Source: Nitrospirota bacterium
GTDB lineage: Bacteria > Nitrospirota > UBA9217
Length of the DNA stretch: 64,000 nt
Direction: 5' to 3'
NCBI GenBank assembly: GCA_963840455.1
Contig: CAWIYV010000009.1
Location: 352,001 to 416,000, forward strand
Positions 51,518 through 61,600 of this stretch are shown piece by piece (positions within the stretch are counted from its first letter, which is position 1; each line of letters opens with the position of its first letter). The translations under genes were made by a program, and so were the position numbers. The notes beneath the pieces are model-generated. The model was not told the origin of the DNA. It saw only the letters and a list, made by a program, of their open reading frames with translations, and did not search any database.

Positions 51518-53366
51518 ATGACCCTTCCTGAAAAACTCCAGAACCTGCCGGACGAACCGGGCGTCTATCTGATGAAGGACCACGCCGGCCACATCATCTA
51601 CGTCGGCAAGGCCGTCTCCCTGAAGAGCCGGGTGCGGTCGTATTTCCAGAAGAGCGCCAAGGACGAGAAGACCGAGGCGCTGGTGCGCATCATCGCGGAC
51701 CTCGAGACCATTGTTACGCACACGGAGCTCGAGGCGCTGATCCTCGAGTCCACGCTCATCAAGAAGCACCATCCGCGCTTCAACATCATCCTTCGCGATG
51801 ACAAGAACTATCCCTACCTCAGGCTTGACCTGAAGGCAGAATATCCCCGCCTTGATGTGGTCCGGGGTTTGAAGAAGGACGGCGCGGTCTATTATGGGCC
51901 CTACGTGCCTGCGGGCGGCATGTGGGAGATCCTGTCGCTCATCCGGCGCACCTTCCCGCTGGCAACGTGCCGGAAGGAGTTCAACCGGGAGAAGCCTGAA
52001 CGGCCCTGCGTGCAGCACCAGATCGGCAGGTGCATGGCGCCGTGCGCGGGTGATGTCGATCCTGCGGTCTATAAGGACGTGGTCTCCCAGGTGCGGCTGT
52101 TCATCGAAGGCAAGAACCGGGACCTCGTCGAGATGCTGAAGCAGCGCATGGAAGAGGCATCGGAAAGGATGGAGTTCGAGCGGGCGGCCGAACTGCGGGA
52201 CCGCATCGCCCGGATCGAAGGGGCCTTCGAGAAGCAGAAGATCATCTCGCCGGGCTTCGAGAACCAGGACGTGATCGGCATCGCGACTGAAGGGGGCCAC
52301 AGCGGACATCCAGGTGCTCTTCGTCCGGAACGGGATGCTGCTGGGCAGGAAGGATTTCCACTTTACCGACCTGCACGGCTTGGCAGGCGAGGAACTGCTG
52401 ACGGATTTCCTGCACCAGTTCTACGCCAAGGAGATGATCGTGCCAGCCGAGGTGCTGTTGCCGTTCGACGTGCCGGACCGGCAGGTTGTCGAGAGCTGGC
52501 TTACGGCAAAGCGAGGGGCGAAGGTGGAGGTGTCCGCGCCCCAGCGCGGCAGGAAGCGTGAGCTGGTGCAGATGGCGTCCGACAACGCTGCGCAGTCGCT
52601 CAAGGAGCAGATGCTCTCCCGCAAGAGCAAAGAGCGCGTCCTCCTCCGGTTGCAGGAGGAGCTGGGGCTCAGGAACCTGCCGCGCCGCATCGAAGCCTTC
52701 GACATCTCGAACATCCAGGGGACCGAGGTGGTCGCAAGCATGGTCTCTTTCGAGAACAACCTGCCGGACAAGCGGAACTACAAGCGGTTCAAGATACGGT
52801 CCGTCGAGGGACAGGACGACTTCGCGAGCATGGCCGAGGTGGTCCGGCGGCGGTATGCGAGAGCGAAGGAAGAGGGCAGTCTTCCGGACCTCATCCTGAT
52901 CGACGGCGGCAAAGGCCAGCTGAACGCGGCATTGGATGCGCTGATCGAATTGGACGTCAAAGGGCCCGACATCATCGGCCTCGCAAAGGCGCGGAGCGGG
53001 GAGGAAGGATCGACGCGTGAGTTCGAGCGGGTCTTCCTGCCGGGCGTGGAGGAGCCAATCATCCTCGAGCCCACGAGTTCGACCACGCATCTGGTCGCGC
53101 GGGTGCGCGACGAGGCGCACCGCTTCGCCATCGAATATCACCGGAAGCTGCGGGAAAAGAAGGCGGTGCGGTCGGAGCTGGACGACATCCCGGGGATTGG
53201 CGACGCGCGGAAGAAGGCGCTGCTCCGGCACTTCGGCAGCCTCGCGAAGATCAAAGAGGCGACCGCAGAAGAACTGACATCCGTTAAGGGGATGACGAAG
53301 AACGCTGCGGAAGAGATTGTGAACTTCTACCGCGGGGCCGGGGTCCAGGGGCCAGGACCTAAATAG
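51518..53366 (+). CDS. uvrC: Excinuclease ABC subunit C (apparent +1 indel near 52301)
   Basis: GIY-YIG N-terminus in one frame; IEAFDISN, IDGGKGQ, RDEAHRFA and HhH in the next. Confidence 0.9.
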
Positions 53367-53403
53367 ACTATAATTAAGAGAAACGACGTTGTTAGGAGAT
53401 GTT

Positions 53404-54246
53404 ATGACGAACGAACAATGGCTGGAAATCTTCAAGGACATCGGCCGGCAAATGCACGCCGGCATCGCCGAGTTCCTCTCGCGCGAAGGCGGCGCCGTCC
53501 CGCTCGGCAAGGGCGCAGGTGGGGACAAGACCTTTCCGGTGGACAAGTGGGCCGAGGATATCATCCTTGCCTCGCTCGAGAAGGCCCATAATGAGGGCGA
53601 ATCGTTCACGCTCATCTCCGAGGAGCTGGGCATCCGAAAGTTCGGCGACGGAATGACGGTCGTGCTCGTGGACCCCATCGACGGGAGCAACAACGCGAAG
53701 AACGGCGTGCCGTTCTTCGCAACGTCTCTTGCGCTCCTGAACGGCGACACACTGTCCACCCTGGCCGTAGGCTACGTCATCAACCTCGCCGTGGGGGACG
53801 AGTTCTGGGCGGTCCGGGGTCAAGGGGCCTTCAAGAACGGCTCGCGCATCCGGACGCCGGCGACCGACGCTGTCACCATCGTGGCCTACGAGGCCTCTGA
53901 CCCGGCGAAAGACCTCCCGCGCATCTTCCCGCTCATCGCCCAGGCGAAGCGCACGCGGTGCTTCGGTTCCACGGCGCTGGACCTCGCCCTTCTCGCGTCG
54001 GGCGGGTTCAGCGTGTTCGCAACGGCCACGGCATCGCGTGCCTTCGACTACGCGGCGGGGATGCTGATCGTCGAGGAGGCGAACGGCGTTATCACCGATC
54101 TCGAGGGGACGTCGCTCGATCACATCATCGCGGGCCTCGGCAGGACCGTGCCGCTGCTGGCAAGCAAGAACGATGCGACGCATGTGAAGGCGCTGAATAT
54201 TCTGTCCCCGGGGATCAGCAGAACAGCTCGGTCCACAGAGGGATAA
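53404..54246 (+). CDS. Inositol monophosphatase/FBPase family protein
   Basis: GAGGDKT, SEE, DPIDGS, FDYAAG. Confidence 0.85.
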   Translation: MTNEQWLEIFKDIGRQMHAGIAEFLSREGGAVPLGKGAGGDKTFPVDKWAEDIILASLEKAHNEGESFTLISEELGIRKFGDGMTVVLVDPIDGSNNAKNGVPFFATSLALLNGDTLSTLAVGYVINLAVGDEFWAVRGQGAFKNGSRIRTPATDAVTIVAYEASDPAKDLPRIFPLIAQAKRTRCFGSTALDLALLASGGFSVFATATASRAFDYAAGMLIVEEANGVITDLEGTSLDHIIAGLGRTVPLLASKNDATHVKALNILSPGISRTARSTEG

Positions 54247-54295
54247 TCGCCCCCGCAGTATTGACATCCCTTTCTTTTTATGCAATCATGACCAT

Positions 54296-55216
54296 ATGGC
54301 ACTGGTAAATCACACCACACGCGAGATCAACGCGAAGATCGTGTATTACGGGCCGGGCCTCTCCGGCAAGACCACCAACATCCACTTCATCTATCATCGC
54401 ATCTCCCCCAACCAGCGCGGCAAGCTCATCTCGCTCGCCACCGAAACGGACCGGACGCTGTTCTTTGACTTCCTGCCCGTGGAGCTGGGGACCATCAAGA
54501 ACTACAAGGTGCGGTTCCATCTCTACACCGTGCCCGGACAGGTATTCTACAACGCCACCCGCAAGCTGGTCCTCAAGGGCGCCGACGGCGTGATCTTCGT
54601 CGCCGATTCGCAGCGGACCATGGTAGACGCGAACCTCGAGAGCCTCGCGAACCTTAAGGACAACTTCACCGACATGGGCATCGACCTCACGGACTTTCCC
54701 GTGGTCCTGCAGTACAACAAGCGCGACCTTCCGGATGTGATGACACTGGAGGAGATGAACGCCAGGTTGAATCCCGCCAATACGCCGTTCTACGAGGCGG
54801 TGGCCCCGAACGGCAACGGTGTGCTCAAGACCTTTGCGGCCATCTCCAAGCTGGTACTCCAGGACATGCAGAAGAACCCCGAGCGCCACAACTTCTCCGC
54901 CGGGGACATCGTGGCAAAGACCGAGGAAGAGTCCCGCGAAGCCCCGCTGCCGCGCAACCTCGTTCCCGAGCCGGAGCCGGCCCTGCCGGACGCGCCATTG
55001 GGCGAGTCGAAACCCGCCATGGCGGCGCTGGAAAAGACCGTGGAGAAAGGCATCAAGGTTGAGCTCGGCAAGCCCTTCCTGGAGAACGGTCAGATCATGC
55101 TGCCCTTCGAGCTGCTTTCAAGGAACGCCAGGGAGCAGTACCAGCTCAGGGTCTCCATCAACACCGACGCACCCGCGGCCAAGCGGTTCAAGGTGATGGT
55201 CAAGGGATTCAAATAG
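54296..55216 (+). CDS. MglA-like small GTPase with C-terminal extension
   Basis: KIVYYGPGLSGKTTN, RTLFFDF, TVPGQVFY, QYNKRD. Confidence 0.88.
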   Translation: MALVNHTTREINAKIVYYGPGLSGKTTNIHFIYHRISPNQRGKLISLATETDRTLFFDFLPVELGTIKNYKVRFHLYTVPGQVFYNATRKLVLKGADGVIFVADSQRTMVDANLESLANLKDNFTDMGIDLTDFPVVLQYNKRDLPDVMTLEEMNARLNPANTPFYEAVAPNGNGVLKTFAAISKLVLQDMQKNPERHNFSAGDIVAKTEEESREAPLPRNLVPEPEPALPDAPLGESKPAMAALEKTVEKGIKVELGKPFLENGQIMLPFELLSRNAREQYQLRVSINTDAPAAKRFKVMVKGFK

Positions 55217-55258
55217 GGATCATCAGCACGCGGCCGCGGACCGCGGCATGAGGCTCCT

Positions 55259-55948
55259 ATGTCCAAGGTTACGGCACTGGTCCCCGCGGCGGGAATGGGA
55301 AAACGGATGGGGAAGGCAGTGGCGAAGCAGTTCCTTCCCCTCGGCGGCAAGCCCATGCTCGCTCACACGCTTCTCGCCTTCCAACGCGCCCCTGAGATCG
55401 ACGAGATCATCCCCATCCTATCCGAAGAAGACATGGAAACCTGCCTCCGCGACGTGATCGAGGCATTTCACCTCACCAAGGTAAAGACCCTGGTGGTGGG
55501 CGGCAAGGAGCGGCAGGACTCGGTCTACAACGGGATCGGGAAGCTCGAGAAGGATGCCGCGGTCGTCCTGGTGCATGATGGGGTCAGGCCGTTCGTGACC
55601 CATGAGATGATCCGGGAGTGCGTCGAGTCTGCACGGAAGGGTGAATGCGTCGCCGTGGGCGTGCCGCTCAAGGACACGGTCAAGGAAGTGGACAGCAAAG
55701 GGATCGTCCGCCAGACCCTGGAGCGGAGCAGGCTCTGGGCCATCCAGACGCCGCAGGCGTTTCCCGTGAAGGTCCTCCGGAAGGCCTACGATGAGTCGTA
55801 TAAGAACAAGGTCTACGGCACTGACGACGCGACCCTTGTCGAGCGCTCCGGCACCAAGGTGAGAGTGCTGATGGGGAGCTACGAGAACATCAAGATCACG
55901 ACACCCGAGGACTTGATGCTCGCGGAGGAGATCCTGAAGAGAAGATGA
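55259..55948 (+). CDS. ispD: MEP cytidylyltransferase
   Basis: [32 protein letters not shown]. Confidence 0.95.
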   Translation: MSKVTALVPAAGMGKRMGKAVAKQFLPLGGKPMLAHTLLAFQRAPEIDEIIPILSEEDMETCLRDVIEAFHLTKVKTLVVGGKERQDSVYNGIGKLEKDAAVVLVHDGVRPFVTHEMIRECVESARKGECVAVGVPLKDTVKEVDSKGIVRQTLERSRLWAIQTPQAFPVKVLRKAYDESYKNKVYGTDDATLVERSGTKVRVLMGSYENIKITTPEDLMLAEEILKRR

Positions 55949-56424
55949 CCATGCGCATCGGAACCGGATACGACGTCCACCGTCTCGTCGAGGGCAGGAA
56001 GCTCATCATCGGCGGGGTGGACATCCCCCATGAGAAGGGGCTGCTCGGCCATTCCGACGCGGATGTCCTGCTTCACGCTGTCTGTGATGCGATCCTCGGG
56101 GCCGCCGCGCTCGGCGATATCGGCAGGCATTTTCCCGATACGGACCGGCGGTATAAGGGCATTTCAAGCCTCAAGCTCCTCGGTGAGACCGCCCGGCTCC
56201 TGGGGGAGAAGGGATTCCGGGTGAACAACATCGACGCAACGATCATCGCCGAACTACCGAAGATGGCGCCGCACATTGCAGCGATGGCGGCCAATATAGC
56301 CGCAGCAGTCCAGGCCGATGCCTCGGCGGTGAACGTCAAGGCGACAACGACTGAGGGGTTGGGGTTCGCGGGCAGAGGCGAGGGCATCGCGGCCTATGCG
56401 GTCTGCACGATCACCCGGGGGTGA
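55945..56424 (+). CDS. ispF: MECDP synthase
   Basis: [26 protein letters not shown]. Confidence 0.95.
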   Translation: MTMRIGTGYDVHRLVEGRKLIIGGVDIPHEKGLLGHSDADVLLHAVCDAILGAAALGDIGRHFPDTDRRYKGISSLKLLGETARLLGEKGFRVNNIDATIIAELPKMAPHIAAMAANIAAAVQADASAVNVKATTTEGLGFAGRGEGIAAYAVCTITRG

Positions 56425-56450
56425 AGGTGCTCGTGACGAAGGAGAGGGGT

Positions 56451-57020
56451 ATGAACACTATCATGAAGATGACCGGTCCGCTGCTCGTTGCATCATTGCT
56501 CTTCCTCGGCGCTGCCACCTGGGCGCAGGAGGGGAGCGGAGGCCTCTTTACCTGGACGGACAAAGACGGGGTCGTCCACATGACGGACAGCCTCGATAAG
56601 GTGCCGAAGGAATATCGTTCTAAGACCCAGCGGACCGGTAATGGAGCATCGAGCGACAAGGTAGTGCCGGAAGCGCAAAGTCCAACAGCGCCTGCGACCT
56701 CGAACCAGGGCGGGGGCAACGATGCGGCGCTCAAAGCCCAGTGGCAGTCGCGGATGCTCGATGCCAAGCGCAGGCTGCAAAATGCCGAGAACAATTACCA
56801 GCAGTTCGAGAAGCGCAAGAGCGACCTTCAGGCCCAATGGGGCTCCTCAGGATCGGCTTTGCCTCCCCAGGACGTGCTGGACCAGATGAAACAGCTGGAT
56901 GTTGACATGTCGCGCGCGAAGGCGGAGATCGACAATGCCAGGGACCAGATCAACAATGTCATTCCCGATGAGGCCCGGCGCGCCGGGATCCCTCCTGGAT
57001 GGCTTCGCGAGGTAGAATAG
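56451..57020 (+). CDS. DUF4124 exported protein with coiled-coil
   Basis: Signal peptide, WTDKDGVVHMTD, GIPPGWLR C-terminus. Confidence 0.75.
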   Translation: MNTIMKMTGPLLVASLLFLGAATWAQEGSGGLFTWTDKDGVVHMTDSLDKVPKEYRSKTQRTGNGASSDKVVPEAQSPTAPATSNQGGGNDAALKAQWQSRMLDAKRRLQNAENNYQQFEKRKSDLQAQWGSSGSALPPQDVLDQMKQLDVDMSRAKAEIDNARDQINNVIPDEARRAGIPPGWLREVE

Positions 57021-57089
57021 GCCAGGTTGAAGGGTGAAGGTGCGGGGGGAAGGAACTCTCCCCTCCAACGCTGCAATAGAAGAAAAGTC

Positions 57090-57743
57090 ATGACCGAAAC
57101 ACTTCGCAAAATACGGAACGACTTCAATGCTGCGATGTCGATGGACCCGGCTGCAACGAGCAAGATCGAGGTCGCGCTTACCTATGCGGGATTCCACGCC
57201 CTGTTGTTCTACCGCCTGGCCCACTGGATCGTCAAGCATCGCATTCCGTTCCTCCCCCGCGCCTTGTCCCAGTTCGCGCGGTTCCTCACCGGCATCGAGA
57301 TCCATCCCGGCGCGATCATCGGGTCGGGTCTGTTCATCGACCACGGCATGGGGGTTGTCGTCGGCGAGACCACGGAGATCGGCGACAATGTTACGCTCTT
57401 TCAGGGGGTGACGCTGGGTGGTACGGGCAAGCAGCGGGGAAAGCGCCATCCCACCATCGGGAACCACGTGGTGGTGGGGGCGGGTGCCAAGGTGCTGGGG
57501 CCGATCATCGTCGGCGACTATGTCAAGATCGGCGCGAACTCGGTAGTGCTGCAGGATGTTCCGGACCATTCAACGGTCGTCGGCATCCCGGGAAGGATCG
57601 TGAGGATCAAGGACGAACGCGTTGCCGACGAGGCGCTCATGGACCATATCCATATCCCGGATCCCATCGCGGACAAACTCATCGATTTGCAGGTGCAGAT
57701 CGATACGCTGAAAAAGGAGATGGAAAAATCACGGGGGGTGTGA
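57090..57743 (+). CDS. cysE: Serine O-acetyltransferase
   Basis: [24 protein letters not shown], hexapeptide repeats. Confidence 0.93.
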   Translation: MTETLRKIRNDFNAAMSMDPAATSKIEVALTYAGFHALLFYRLAHWIVKHRIPFLPRALSQFARFLTGIEIHPGAIIGSGLFIDHGMGVVVGETTEIGDNVTLFQGVTLGGTGKQRGKRHPTIGNHVVVGAGAKVLGPIIVGDYVKIGANSVVLQDVPDHSTVVGIPGRIVRIKDERVADEALMDHIHIPDPIADKLIDLQVQIDTLKKEMEKSRGV

Positions 57744-57861
57744 ACCTTCCGGGCGAACTGTCTGTCAAGGGAACATCCGTTGTTATCCGACTCTTATCTG
57801 GTTTGGTCCGTGTCAAATGCCGTTATGAGGGACATCAGTCATTGCGTGATCTACTCGGGGA

Positions 57862-58281
57862 TCACACTTCCACGATCCGGTAGCTGTGCGTGATGGCCGC
57901 TGTCTTCCCGATCGTTGCGCCGACGGAGCAATACTTATCCAGGGAAAGCTGGATGGCCCGCTCCACTGCTTCTTTCTGGATGTCCTTTCCCGTCACCACA
58001 TACTCGATATGCACTTTTTCATAGATATGCGGGAATGAATCAGCCTGCTCGCCCTTTACGTTCGTCTCAAGTCCTGTCACGTTCTGGCGCTTCTTCCTCA
58101 GGATGGAAATGACATCCATGCCGGTGCATCCACCGAAGCCGACCAGGAGCAGTTCCATGGGCCTGAAGCCCTTGTTCTGACCGCCCGATTCTGCATCGGC
58201 ATCCATTATCAACCGATGACCGGATGAGGATTCACCCTCAAACTGCATACCTCCTGCAAGTTTTACTTTGGCTTCAGCCAT
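57862..58281 (-). CDS. OsmC/YhfA family protein
   Basis: GFRPMELLL, GCTGMD, KYCSV. Confidence 0.88.
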   Translation of the reverse strand: MAEAKVKLAGGMQFEGESSSGHRLIMDADAESGGQNKGFRPMELLLVGFGGCTGMDVISILRKKRQNVTGLETNVKGEQADSFPHIYEKVHIEYVVTGKDIQKEAVERAIQLSLDKYCSVGATIGKTAAITHSYRIVEV

Positions 58282-58543
58282 TTCTGCCCCCCTATTTTAA
58301 TTGCATGATCATGAGCTAGATCACTATCGATGTCATTCTACCATACAAATTATTGGTATATAAACCAAAAATATATTATCTCCAGAAATTAATTCACTAT
58401 ATTATATTTAAACAAATACTTATATCCATTGACTGGCTGGATATTGGTAATTATGCCAATATTTAACAGTTGCCATGCAATATCTGCTCATTATAATCTT
58501 CTGATTATTAAAAGGATACCTGAGAAGCGAACTAATAGATTGC

Positions 58544-58559
58544 TGGCAATTTACTTGCA
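58544..58559 (+). promoter_or_regulatory. Putative sigma54 (-24/-12) promoter upstream of dsrA
   Basis: TGGCA-ATTTAC-TTGCA with correct GG-N10-GC spacing in AT-rich intergenic region. Confidence 0.5.
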
Positions 58560-58975
58560 TTGATATCTCTTTGTCGCTTGGGATATCCATGGAAAATACG
58601 TGATAGTTCCGCCTGTTCTCAGTCGATCCACCATTTATAAAAAGATAAGTTTTTCTTATTTGACAAACAAGGCAAGTTCCTTAATACTGCACTACCCTGA
58701 AATTCCCGAAGCCATTCTTTATCGACAGAACCGGCATCACGGTCTCTGTTCTAGTCGCTTTATCCCCGTTCCTCAGAAAGGATCGGGTCAGAATCTCAAG
58801 CTCACTCTTTGTCAGGAAAGGGGGATCCGGCAACTCACTACAGTGAAATTGAACGAAGCAACATGATCCGTCGTTCGTCCAGCAGGGGCGATCGTGCGGT
58901 GGCAGGGTTCTGATGTTCGTCGCAGATTCTGAATACCAGTTAAGAGAAAGAACAATATCCTAAGGAGGGTTCCAT

Positions 58976-60154
58976 ATGAGCAAAGATGTTAAAACACCAA
59001 TGCTTGACGACCTGGAAAAGGGCGCGTGGCCGAGCTTCGTAAAAGAGATCAAGAAGGCCGCGAAGAAGAGCAACACGGCACACGATCTGCTCGGCATCCT
59101 TGAAAGATCTTATCGGGACAAAGTGACCCACTGGAAGCACGGCGGTATCGTGGGCGTCCTCGGTTATGGCGGCGGCGTCATCGGCCGCTACTGCGACCTT
59201 CCCGAAGAATTCCCCGGCGTGGCCCACTTCCACACGGTCCGCGTGAACCCGCCTTCCGGATTTTTCTACACCTCCAAGGCCCTGAAAGAACTGTGTGATA
59301 TCTGGGAAAAGCACGGCAGCGGCATGTGGAACATGCACGGTTCCACGGGTGACATGGTTTGGCTTGGCACCCAGACGGACAAGCTTGAGCCCATCTTCGC
59401 AGAGATCACGGCAAAGGGCTGGGACCTCGGCGGTTCCGGATCCTGCCTCCGCACCCCGAGCGCCTGCGTGGGCATGGCACGCTGCGAGTTCGCGAACATC
59501 GATACCATGAACATCTGCCACACCCTTACCAACAAGTTCCAGGACGAGCTCCATCGTCCCGCCTTCCCCTATAAGTTCAAGATCAAGGTTTCCGGCTGCG
59601 CCAACGACTGCACCGCAGCGGTCGCCCGCGCCGACATGTCCATCATCGGCACCTGGAGGGATTCCATCCGCATCGACCAGGCCGAGGTGAAGAACGCCGC
59701 CAAGGACATGGACATCAAGGCAGAGGTCACCGATATGTGCCCGACCCACTGCATGAACTGGGATGGCAGCACGCTCAAGATCAATGACAAGGATTGCAAC
59801 CGCTGCATGCATTGCATCAACCGTATGCCGAAGGCCCTCCGTCCCGGCAAGGAGAAGGGCGCGACCATCATGCTCGGCGGCAAGGCCCCGATCGTGACCG
59901 GCGCCCTCATGAGCTGGGTCATCGTTCCCTTCATGAAGCTCGAAGCGCCCTACGACAACCTGGAAGACCTCATTCGCAAGCTCTGGGAGTGGTGGGATGA
60001 GTCAGGCAAGAACCGCGAGCGTATCGGTGAGCTCGTCGACCGTATCGGGATGAGGTCCATGCTCGAAGCGACCGGCCTCCCGCCCGTGCCGCAGATGGTG
60101 AAGGCGCCGCGGACCAACCCCTACGTGTTCTGGGCCCCGGGCGAAGTGAAATAA
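58976..60154 (+). CDS. dsrA: Dissimilatory sulfite reductase alpha subunit
   Basis: WPSFV, THWKHGGIVGV, CX5C (CVGMARC), CX3C (CANDC), CMHCIN. Confidence 0.97.
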   Translation: MSKDVKTPMLDDLEKGAWPSFVKEIKKAAKKSNTAHDLLGILERSYRDKVTHWKHGGIVGVLGYGGGVIGRYCDLPEEFPGVAHFHTVRVNPPSGFFYTSKALKELCDIWEKHGSGMWNMHGSTGDMVWLGTQTDKLEPIFAEITAKGWDLGGSGSCLRTPSACVGMARCEFANIDTMNICHTLTNKFQDELHRPAFPYKFKIKVSGCANDCTAAVARADMSIIGTWRDSIRIDQAEVKNAAKDMDIKAEVTDMCPTHCMNWDGSTLKINDKDCNRCMHCINRMPKALRPGKEKGATIMLGGKAPIVTGALMSWVIVPFMKLEAPYDNLEDLIRKLWEWWDESGKNRERIGELVDRIGMRSMLEATGLPPVPQMVKAPRTNPYVFWAPGEVK

Positions 60155-60195
60155 CGACAGACGAGCGAGAAAAATTCCAAGGAGGATAACCTAGA

Positions 60196-61269
60196 ATGGC
60201 TGACAAACCGAAGAGAATAACGGATATTGGTGCACCGGATTATCATAAATTCCTGCCTCCCGTGATCACAAAGAACTACGGGAAGTGGAAATATCATGAA
60301 GTCACCACAAAGGGCGTGATGAAGCACGTCTCCGAGACCGGTGATGAGCTCTACACCGTACGTATTGCAACGCCCCGGCTCGTGAGCACGGACTACGTCC
60401 GCGAGATGTGCGACATATCCGAGAAGTTCAGCGGCGGTCACCTCCGCTGGACGACCCGTCACAACGTCGAGTTCTTTCCCGAAAAGGGTCAGGTGGACGC
60501 CCTGGTTGCCGACCTCAAGAAGCGCGGCCATATGGTCGGCGGCATCGGCTACGGCATCAGTAACGTGGTGCACACCCAGGGGTGGATCCATTGCCATACA
60601 CCGGCAACCGACGCCTCGGGCGTGGTCAAGGCGGTCATGGATGAGCTCCATGAATACTTCACCTCGAAGACCCTGCCGGCTCGCGTGCGTATCGCGCTTG
60701 CCTGCTGCCTGAACATGTGCGGCGCGGTGCACTGCTCCGACATCGCCATCCTCGGCATCCACCGGAAGCCCCCGAAGGTGAACGAGGCGACGCTCGCGAA
60801 CCAGTGCGAGATCCCAACGACCATCGCCTCCTGCCCCACGGGCGCCATCAGCCCGAACCCGGCGACCAAGTCGGTGAAGATCAAGGACGAGCGCTGCATG
60901 TACTGTGGCAACTGCTACACCATGTGCCCGTCGCTCCCGATCGCTGATGGTTCCGGCGACGGCATCGCCATCTACGTGGGCGGCAAGGTGTCCAATGCCC
61001 GCGGTCCGGCGCGCATGTCCAAGCTCGTGATCCCGTTCCTGCCGAACAATCCGCCGCGCTGGCCCGAGGTCGTGAAGGCCGTAAAGCACCTCGTCGAGAT
61101 CTACGCGCAGAACGCCAAGAAGCACGAGCGCATGGGCGAGTGGATCGAGCGCATCGGCTGGGAGCGTTTCTTCAAGCTCACCGGCATCTCGTTCACCTAC
61201 CAGCACATCGACGACTTCACCTTTGCCCGTGAGACGTTCCGGATGACCCCCACCTTCAAGTGGGAGTAG
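60196..61269 (+). CDS. dsrB: Dissimilatory sulfite reductase beta subunit
   Basis: [41 protein letters not shown]. Confidence 0.97.
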   Translation: MADKPKRITDIGAPDYHKFLPPVITKNYGKWKYHEVTTKGVMKHVSETGDELYTVRIATPRLVSTDYVREMCDISEKFSGGHLRWTTRHNVEFFPEKGQVDALVADLKKRGHMVGGIGYGISNVVHTQGWIHCHTPATDASGVVKAVMDELHEYFTSKTLPARVRIALACCLNMCGAVHCSDIAILGIHRKPPKVNEATLANQCEIPTTIASCPTGAISPNPATKSVKIKDERCMYCGNCYTMCPSLPIADGSGDGIAIYVGGKVSNARGPARMSKLVIPFLPNNPPRWPEVVKAVKHLVEIYAQNAKKHERMGEWIERIGWERFFKLTGISFTYQHIDDFTFARETFRMTPTFKWE

Positions 61270-61288
61270 CATCGAGCGAGTGAGTGGA

Positions 61289-61322
61289 TCGGCCCCCCGA
61301 ACGTTCGGGGGGCCGGTTTTTC
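61289..61322 (+). terminator. Intrinsic terminator-like hairpin between dsrB and dsrD
   Basis: CGGCCCCCCGAA-CG-TTCGGGGGGCCG followed by a T-run. Confidence 0.75.
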
Positions 61323-61356
61323 GTTTCACCCAACAACCTAACCAGGGGGTACGGTC

Positions 61357-61593
61357 ATGGACGCCCAGGAACTAGTGAAAAAAGTATACGAACTGGTCGA
61401 GAAGAACCAGGGGAAGAAGAAGATGAAGGCGGGCGATATCACCAAGGCCATGGAGGCCGAGGGAGCGACGCGCGACGAGGTGAAGGCAGCGATCCGCGAG
61501 CTCGTTGACGGCGGCAAGCTGGTGTATTCGTACTTCGGCGGCAGCTTCATCGAGATCCCGCACGTCGAAGGATCGGCAAATCCGCAGCAGTAA
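61357..61593 (+). CDS. dsrD: DsrD
   Basis: 78 aa after dsrB; winged-helix-like VKAAIRELVDGGKLVYSYFGGS. Confidence 0.8.
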   Translation: MDAQELVKKVYELVEKNQGKKKMKAGDITKAMEAEGATRDEVKAAIRELVDGGKLVYSYFGGSFIEIPHVEGSANPQQ

Positions 61594-61600
61594 TCCGGGA

